This document shows positions 55,730 to 64,000 of a stretch of DNA of 64,000 nt, in pieces. The stretch covers positions 4,588,001-4,652,000 of the forward strand of contig NC_043005.1 in assembly GCF_006345805.1 (NCBI RefSeq), written 5' to 3'. Under the pieces are notes generated by a model. That model did not search any database. It was not told where the DNA came from and saw nothing but the letters and a program-made list of their open reading frames with translations. Positions within the stretch are counted from its first letter, which is position 1. Every line of letters begins with the position of its first letter. A program made the translations under genes and the position numbers. The DNA is from Octopus sinensis (lineage: Eukaryota).

Positions 55730-56190
55730 GGTCACTTTCGAGTGCTACTGGTAACATGTAACCCAGTACAACCTGTTGCATGGTCGGGTCGTCGTCGGCT
55801 AAACTGGCCACGCCACCAAGCTTGCTTGGTGAAGAGGGCGTTTATTGGACACCGCAGGATGGAAAACAAAACCCGTCAAAGGGCGGAGGAACTCTTGAGA
55901 GTGAACGGCCATCCAATAAATGTCTTAAGGCTGTATCATGCGCGGGGACATAGAAATAATCGGACTGAATACCCAATTGCGCGGTTAAACCATTGGGAGT
56001 GAAGGACTCCTAGCCTTTGTTAGGGCATCCTTCTAGGAGAAGGTAACTCAGGTAACTGGGATAACTCCGACATAAAACCTGCGGCTCAGTGGTTACCGAT
56101 GATGTTGACTTGTTCTTCTTTTCGGATTATGGCTGCTGTTGCTTAGTGAGTGGGATTGACTCAGTGCACAGCCTCTCCTCACTTTAAAAA
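55730..56190 (+). mobile_element. RTE-like LINE 5' UTR segment
   Basis: CpG-rich island between microsatellites containing GGCATCCTTCTAGGAGAAGGTAACTC...AAACC, resembling RTE 5' UTRs from memory; candidate HDV-like fold at its 5' boundary. Confidence 0.5.
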
Positions 56191-57100
56191 AACTCTTCTT
56201 GCACAGGCATTGCATGATAACAACATTGATTAAGCTTCGTGCAATGGCCATACTCGATAACGAGGGGGCAGCCACCATATATATGTATGCATGCATGTGT
56301 GTATGTATGTATGTATGTATGCAAGTATATATGTATGTATGTATGTATGTGTGTATGTATGTATGTATGTGTGTGTATGTATGTATGTATATGTGTGTGT
56401 ATATGTATGTATGTGTGTGTGTATCTATGTGCACGCGTGTCTTTGTATCTGTGTTTGTCCTCCCAAACTACTTTAACGACTGATGTTGGTTTGTTTGCAT
56501 CCCCATTACATAGTAGTTCCACAAAGAGTCTGATAGAATGAGTACCAGGCTTTAAAAAATAAGTACTGGGGGTCTATTCATTTGACTAAACCCCTTCAAG
56601 GCAGTGCTGCAGCATGGCCACAGTCCAATGACTGAAAACGATTACCGACATCATTGCTTTTTAGTGTTAAATAAACAAAATGGAAAGAAGCCAGTCATAT
56701 TTGATAAAGCTGTGTGGTCTGGCCGGAGGGAACGGCTGAGAAGAGAACGGAACTCTTAATCTGTTATTTCTTATTCAACGTTAATTATGTCTGAATGCAT
56801 TGTCAGTGGGACAATGGAAGAGTCGAAGGGGACCGTTGTTGTGTTTAGGGAATCAGTTTGCCCTAATCTGGCTGAGCAGACCACCTTGATGGCAATGGGA
56901 AAAATACAGTTCACTACCGTTTGTTGAAGAAGCACAATGTTTTCAGAGGTCAAAATACTCAGATCCAATTTTCCTGTCGATTACTTGAGAGAAGATATAA
57001 GCATTGCATTCAAGTGGATAGAAATTCCAACAGAACTCAACCTGCTGCTGCTCAGATTTGTCTCTTTTTACACTCATCTCAACAGACTTTTTGCCCTTAA

Positions 57101-57514
57101 TACTCTTTACTCTTTTACTCTTTTACTTGTTTCAGTCATTTGACTGCGGCCATGCTGGAGCACCGCCTTTAGTCGAGCAAATCGACCCCGGGACTTATTC
57201 TTTTGTAAGCCCAGTACTTATTCTATCGGTCTCTTTTGCCGAACCGCTAAGTGACGGGGACATAAACACACCAGCATCGGTTGTCAAGCAATGCTGGGGG
57301 ACAAACACAGACACACAAACATACATGTACATGCATATATATATATATATACGACGGGCTTCTTTCAGTTTCCGTCTACCAAATCCACTCACAAGGCTTT
57401 GGTCAGCCCGAGGCTATAGTAGAAGACATTTGCCCAAGGTGCCACGCAGTGGGACTGAACCCAGAACCATGTGGTTGGTTAGAAAGCTACTTACCACACA
57501 GCCACTCCTGCGCC
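57101..57514 (-). mobile_element. SINE family A copy
   Basis: High identity to 11891-12300; (TACTCTTT)n tail on the + strand. Confidence 0.85.
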
Positions 57515-58259
57515 TATTAATGCATTTTTTTTAATTTTCGAATAAGTAACTCTTTAAAAGAGTCAATGATTTTTTTATGACCATTTTTTCCTAAATTATT
57601 TTATTTGAAGCAGTGCAATAAAAAAAGTAAGTATGCTGTTTCCCAATTGGAATCCATTTTAAAACAAAAAGTATAAAAGTTTTTAGGACTTTTTTCTTCT
57701 AAATCAGTCAATAGCATAAAAATAAAACCAAACATGTTTATCATGTTGCTTAAATGAACGTTTTTACAACTGTTTTTCTTCTAAAATAGTTATTTTGATG
57801 GAGCATTAACAACAAATATATTTCTTTATCTTGCCAGAAAAAAATACCTCTTTTAACTGTAAATGTTTTCAAGATCATATTTTCTCTTCAGAATATCAAT
57901 TGTCAGATAACAAAAAGTAATAAATGCATCATATTTCTCAAATAAAATCCGTTTCAAATCCGTAATTAAATATCAGAAGAATGTTAATTCCTGCAAATAT
58001 TCAAAGTCATACAAATTCTAAGTATTCTTTTCTTCTTTATTTGTTTCAGTCATTTGACTGCAGCCATGCTGGAGCACCACCTTTAGTCAAACGAATTGAC
58101 CCCCAGGACTTATTCTTTGTAAGTGAATTACTTATTCTATAGGACTCCTTTGCTGAACCGCTAAGTTACGGGGACATAAACACACCTGCACCGGTTGTCA
58201 AGTGATGGTGGGGTGACAAACACAGACACACAAACATATACATATATAAATATAAATAT

Positions 58260-58291
<32 letters not shown>

Positions 58292-58303
58292 TATATATAT
58301 ATA

Positions 58304-58346
<43 letters not shown>

Positions 58347-60739
58347 CTGTATATATATATTTGTATGTATATGTTTGTGTGTCCATGTTTGTCCCAGCAA
58401 CATCGCTTGACAACCAAAACTGGTGTGTTTACATCCCCATAACATAGCAGTTTGGCAAGAGAGAGTGATAGAATAAGTACTAGGCTTACAAAGAATAAAT
58501 CCTTGGGTCGATTCGCTTGACTAAATGCAGTGCTCCAGCATGGCCGCAGTCAAATGACTGAAACAAATAAAAGAATAAAAGAACATAAAGAATAAATGTT
58601 TGTACAACCAATTTGTTTTTCTTGAAATAAAGTCATTCTGATGCACAAATTTGTGAAGAAATGCTTTGAAGACTGTTTTTCTTCCAATACAGTTATTCTG
58701 ACATATTTAGCATGATATGTTTCTCATTGAGAATTCCTATTGAAACTGTCAATGAATATTAATTGCAGTCGCTTCCTTCTAAAACACTTGATCTGACGGA
58801 GCATAAGAATGAAAGTCTGTACTTTATATTATGTTCTTCCTTCAAATAAACTGCATTTTAAAAACTAAATGTTTTTATTCATACTTTCTAATACATTTAT
58901 ACTTATTTTTTTATTGCCCTCAAGGGGCTAAACACAGAGGGGACAAACAAGGACAGACAAAGGGATTAAGTCGATTACATCGATCCCAATGCTGGTACTT
59001 AATTTATAGACCCTGAAAGGATGAAAGGTAAAATCGACCTCGGTGGAATTTGAACTCAGAACGTAAAGGCAGACGAAATACGGCTACGCATTTCACCTGG
59101 TGTGCTAACGTTTCTGCCAGCTTGCCGCCTTTATTTACACATTTATTCTATTCAAGCAAAAATGGTAATGTGTTATGTTTCTCAAATAAATCCATTTTCA
59201 AAATGTAAATTAAACATTTTTGGACTGTTTTCCTTTTTCTCATTTTTATAATGATGTAACACGATACATATAGTAAATATTCTATATTTCTCAAATGTCA
59301 CATTTGTGCCATCTTTTCACCAACTGCCTAAAACTCCAGCTTCTCTGCAAGGGCAGATAATTGCCATTTGTATTCTTATGCATCAAGCCCTGATTGGTTG
59401 GAGCATGCCACAACACAACTGTGTTATGCTGCAGCAACACAAATAACTTTCCCAACTCACTACACTTTGAGTGTGGCATCAAAATCTTTAAGTGGTTAGG
59501 GCCTCTATTGATCTCAATCTGGCCTTGGGTGCATCTATAGTAAGACCAGTTTTTATTATGACATATAGAAGTCAAATAGCTTTTTATAGGCTCAGAACGT
59601 TAATCAGTAATGATTGGTTGTCTTACCTATCTTGTTTGTTTGGAACATTGGTTGAGTCCTGTGCTTTGATTGGTCGAGTATTGCGCAAGATATGGATCGA
59701 GGATCCAATCACATTGTGCATTATTCTCAAACAACTGATCTGAATCTACCCTGGAGTCTACCCTCTGTCTACATATAGGTCTAACAAATCATCCATGAGC
59801 AGAGGTGAGCGATTTTCAGGAAGGTGGGTCATGCTATTTTCCTGCCGTTATCCCCCAGAACAGAATTAATATAACGGATCACATGTAACCAATGACGGCC
59901 AGAACTGAATTATCCAAAAGATGGATAAACTATACAACCACCAGAATTCGTGGTGTGTTTATTTTGTCCATTTATTTAATGGAGGAATAAAGTCTTGCTG
60001 TTATTTTTAAAGTTTGTCTCCTGTATTATTTCCTCAAGTGAACACACAGCATATGTATTGGTATGCAAGATTCCATAGTAAAACCAAGGGAGACTTTATA
60101 CCAACACCATTAAATGTCTATTATATCCATGCATCTTTTATGCCATCAAATTTGGTAAATGCTAACTGTCCAGAGGTGGTCTGAATATAGCTGTTGTTAA
60201 CACAAAAACCTACTTTAATCTTTTGTACATTGGAGTGGTTGGTGGTTAAGAGACATTTATTCTCAACATAATAACTTTGTTAGCTGAATTCAATTAAACC
60301 ATCATCATCATCATCATCGTTTAACGTCCGTTTTCCATGCTAGCATGGGTTGGATGGTTCAACCAGGTCTGGGAAGCCAGGAAACTGCACCAGGCTCCAT
60401 TCTGATCTGGCAATGTTTCTACAGCTGGATGCCCTTCCTAACGCCAACCACTCTGTGAGTGTAGTGGGTGCTTTTAACGTGCCACCACTCCTTGTATCTC
60501 AACTACAATTTCCATTTTATTTTTATTTTGATGTTGATGTACTGAGTTTGAATGTATTATAGCAAAAAGCTAGTAGGTTGAAGTTAGAGGGGTAGGGGGA
60601 ACATAGACTACTTGTGATCTAGAGGTTTTCAGTGTCCCTTACCATTTAACATCCAGATTCTATATTAAGAAATTTAAGTAAATATTCTTTAGACAATTTC
60701 CTAAAGGATATCAATAAATATTAGTATCATATAGAGGGA

Positions 60740-61252
60740 TAGAAAATATAGAAATTATTTCATATTTATATAAATATATATATATCCATTTCTATTAATA
60801 TATAATCATAATTAGCTAGTAAATGGTGATTTTTTTAATGGGTTGAATTAAAAGAAAATGTTATACATAATATTTACTAACTGTGGTAAAAAAAAAAACC
60901 TTATTAATTTAGCACATATATCAGGAGTCAATAAGATATATTAAAAAGTAATGGAAGGGAGGTAATCAAGATGAACCAAGTAATTTCTCTAGATATATAG
61001 AATTTTTTGCAGTTATTTCATATTAATATATCTCTATTTCTATTAATATAAAATCATAATTAGCTAGTAAATTGTGATTTGTTTTATTAATGAGTCGAAT
61101 TAAAAAATATGTTAGACATAATTTTTACTACTTGTGGAGTAAAAACTTTATCAATTTAGTAAAGATATCAGGAGTTGATAAGATATATTAAAAAGTAATG
61201 AAAGGAAGGTAAACAAGATGAACCAAGTAATTTCCCTAGAGATATAGAATTC
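60740..61252. repeat. Diverged direct tandem duplication (2 units of about 255 bp)
   Basis: TTTCTATTAATATA.AATCATAATTAGCTAGTAAAT and CAAGATGAACCAAGTAATTT each occur twice about 255 bp apart. Confidence 0.8.
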
Positions 61253-63130
61253 ACGAAAAAATAAAAGACGAAGACAGGTGGTGTAGAAAACAAACAGATG
61301 TATTAGTATAACGCTCAGGAATAGAAAAAGTCTTATACGTTTCGAGCCTACACTCTTCAACAGAAAGGAACACAGAAAGAAACAAGGAGAGAAAAAAATG
61401 TGTGTAGTGGCTAGAGGTGGTGAGAGTGGAGTGATGAATGCTGACCGAAATGTCAAGAGACAGAAGTGTCAGAGATAGTGCAGGAGAAGTGGAGGGGAAG
61501 ATGGAAAGATTTGACAAAAGAAAGGAAGGAGTCTAGATGTGAGGTCACAATGATACAGTTGTCAATATAACAGCCATATAGTTTGGGAGTGGGGCCAGTG
61601 AATTGTGAGAATATTTGGGCCTCAACATAGCCAACGAACAGGTTCGCATAGTTGGGGCCCATTCTCAATCCCTTGGCCACTCCCGAAACCTGCTGGTAAA
61701 AATCACCAGTGAACAAGAAGCAGTTGAGTGAGAGGGCAAGTTCTGCCAGACAAAAGAATATGGATGTGTCGGGTTGGGAGTTGGGTCAAAGGTCAAGGAA
61801 ATGTTGGAGTGCACGCAGCCCCTCATGGTGAGAGATCACCGTGTAAAGGCTCTGGATGTCGAGAGTGAAGAGAAGTTTAGGGAGGCCAGATGGAAAGGAG
61901 AAAGAGTTGAACAAACGAAGTGCATGGTTGGTGTCATGGATGTGAGAGGGGAGGGAAGCCACTCGGGGGGGGGGGAGGATACGGTCAAGATATCTGGAGA
62001 TGAGTTCGGTGGGGCAGTTGCAGGCAAAGACGAGGGGGCAGCCAGGGTTGTTATGTTTGTGGATTTTGGGAAGGAAGTAAATTGTGTGGTTGTGAGGGGT
62101 GTGGAGAATGAGGTTGGAGGCGGTGGGGGGAGACGGGAGGAGGAGATGAGGTCATGGATAGTGGATGACAGTCTGTTGGTAACTGGGTATGGGTCAGAGG
62201 GCAGTAGAAGGAGGTGTCTTGAAGTTGGCGGAGAGCTTCCTCCTTGTAGAGGTCTGCGCGCCACACCACCAGTGCTCCACCCTTGTCGGCCGGTTTTATG
62301 ACGATGTCAGTGTGGCATCAGAGACATCGAGGGGCTGAGAGTTCGACTGGGGAGATGTTCAGATGACAGGGATGCCTGAAAAAGTGAAACCAGTCCACAG
62401 CGCGCTGGCAGGCACCCACAAAAAGATTGACTGCTTGGAGCTGGCCAGGGGCTGGCATCCACGGGGATGGTCAGTGGCCCAGGTCAGTGAAGCAGTCCTC
62501 CTCATTAGATGCAGGTGGAATGGTCGGGGAAAAGTGCACAAAGCTGTGGATATCAGCACGAGTCTGAAATTCATTGGTGGATGAGTGAGGGGGGATGAAG
62601 CACAGACCCTGCTGAGGAGGGAGGAGCGCTCCACCTCAAAGAGGGGAAGATCTGGAGGAATGGTAACAACAGACTGAAGTGGAGAAGGGGTGGTGGGGAT
62701 GGTGGAAGGCTGGGAGGGAAGGGACGGGGGTAAGTGTGTGGGGTGGTTTGAGGGACGGGAGGTTTGGCGATGGTGGGGAAGCATACCATGGAGGGAGAGG
62801 GGTAGTGGCTTCGGGTGTGATGAAATGGAGGAGTGAATGGAGTTTACGTTGTTTGGTGTGAGCAAGAAATTGATGAAAGAGAGGATTTAAATGAATTATG
62901 GAACGTAACGTGGTGTTGGCCATGGGAGGGCGGCGAGCGAGAGGAGAAGAAGACGGAAAAAGCAAGAGGGAGGAGGAGGTCGATGGAGAGATTAGAATGA
63001 ATGGTGGCGCACATAAGGTGGTAGGATGTAGTAGAGAGAATGTGTAGGATGGTTTTAGCAGAGAGGAGAGTGGGGTGGAAATGGAGGTGGAAACCTTTAG
63101 GGATGAGGCAGAGATGTAAGCAGCAACTGG
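61250..63130 (-). mobile_element. Degenerate Penelope-like retroelement with terminal-repeat segment
   Basis: FYQQVSGVAKGLRMGPNYANLFVGYVE...YIDN (RT core) in ORF 61453-61716 and TIHDLISSSRLP in ORF 61836-62264; hammerhead-like motif at 61332-61367. Confidence 0.85.
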
Positions 63131-63239
63131 AAAATTAAATGTGACAACAGAAACGAATTATTTTTTTTAATTTCTAGGGAAAGGTTAATAAAGGGCTGAA
63201 AGCAGCAGAAAGGGAATATGGAAAGGTGTTGTTTTAGGC

Positions 63240-63441
63240 CAGTGGTTTTCAACCAGGGTTCCGCCAGTACAGCTCAGGGGTTCCGCCAGAAGTTACAAAA
63301 CTGCTAAAATCGGCAGTAATTTTTAATTCTCCTGTGCAGATATGTCTGCATAAGACTTATTAAATTATTGCACAGGGGTTCCTTGAGCCAGTGGAATGTT
63401 TCCTTGGGGTTCCGCTCCAGCAAAAAGTTTGAAAACCACTG
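63240..63441. mobile_element. hAT-type MITE
   Basis: 13-bp TIRs CAGTGGTTTTCAA / TTGAAAACCACTG; 8-bp TSD TTTTAGGC / TTTTAGAC. Confidence 0.85.
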
Positions 63442-64000
63442 TTTTAGACGGTAATGAAAGTGGGGGATGATTGTAAAACGAGAAGAGAAGAGAAAGAAAG
63501 GAGAAAAGGGGGAGAGAAGGTAAATAAAGACATGGGGAGGAAAAATTCAAAAGGCTTGAGGAGAAAAAAAATATATATATGAGAGGTGGGAGAAGAAAAT
63601 AAAAACAAGGAAAGAAAGGATGAAGATGGAAGAAATAGAGAAAAGGGGGAAGAAGGGGAGAAGAGAACATGAAAGGGAAAAAGAACGGGAGGGAGAGAGA
63701 GAGAGAGAGAGAGAGTGAGAGAGGTAACAAGGTAATAGGTGCTGATTTTTTTGAAGCACTCCGTCAGTTACGACGACGAGGGTTCTGGTTGATCCGATCA
63801 ACGGAACAGCCTTCTCATGAAATTAACGTGTAAGTGGCTAAGCACTCCACAGACACGTGTACCCTTAACGTAATTCTCAGGTACAACAGAAACAGGAAGT
63901 AAGAGTGAGAGAAAGTTGTGGTGAAAGAGTACAGCAGGGATCACCACCATCCCCTGCCAGAGCCTCGTGGAGCTTTACATGTTTTCGCTCAATAAATACT

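Noticed and set aside
49720-56541. Long ORFs of YI/HT/VCMY composition here and throughout the track
   Set aside because: Translations of (TA)n, (CA)n and (TATG)n microsatellites; open in several frames on both strands.
56760-57060. Non-repetitive stretch with weak FLYWCH/transposase-like wording
   Set aside because: Stops in all frames and similarity too weak to support a call.

Overview
AT-rich, repeat-dense animal genomic DNA. The very high microsatellite load and the recurring SINE, RTE and Penelope families suggest an octopod cephalopod (inference, no database search). Almost every ORF in the supplied track is a microsatellite or repeat artefact. The real coding signal is on the + strand. 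First, a 13-nt start exon (11570-11582) splices in frame to a 200-nt exon (13388-13587), giving a signal peptide plus an amphipathic segment. Second, four paralogous phase-1 terminal exons (24151, 35083, 39574, 43698; three are not in the ORF track in this frame) each encode a 52-58 aa domain with an invariant C-x14-C-x10-C pattern and their own stop codon. I could not find a separate leader exon for the last three, so this is either a tandem family of small secreted proteins or one gene with alternative last exons. Several long inverted repeats lie around these exons, including a perfect 174-bp palindrome. The repeat complement includes Penelope-like relics with degenerate minimal hammerhead ribozyme motifs, an RTE-like 5' end with a candidate HDV-like ribozyme fold, Tc1/mariner, hAT, piggyBac-type and Helentron-type elements, a CR1 3' end and four SINE-like families. 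Repeat boundaries are approximate unless target-site duplications (TSDs) or terminal inverted repeats (TIRs) are quoted.
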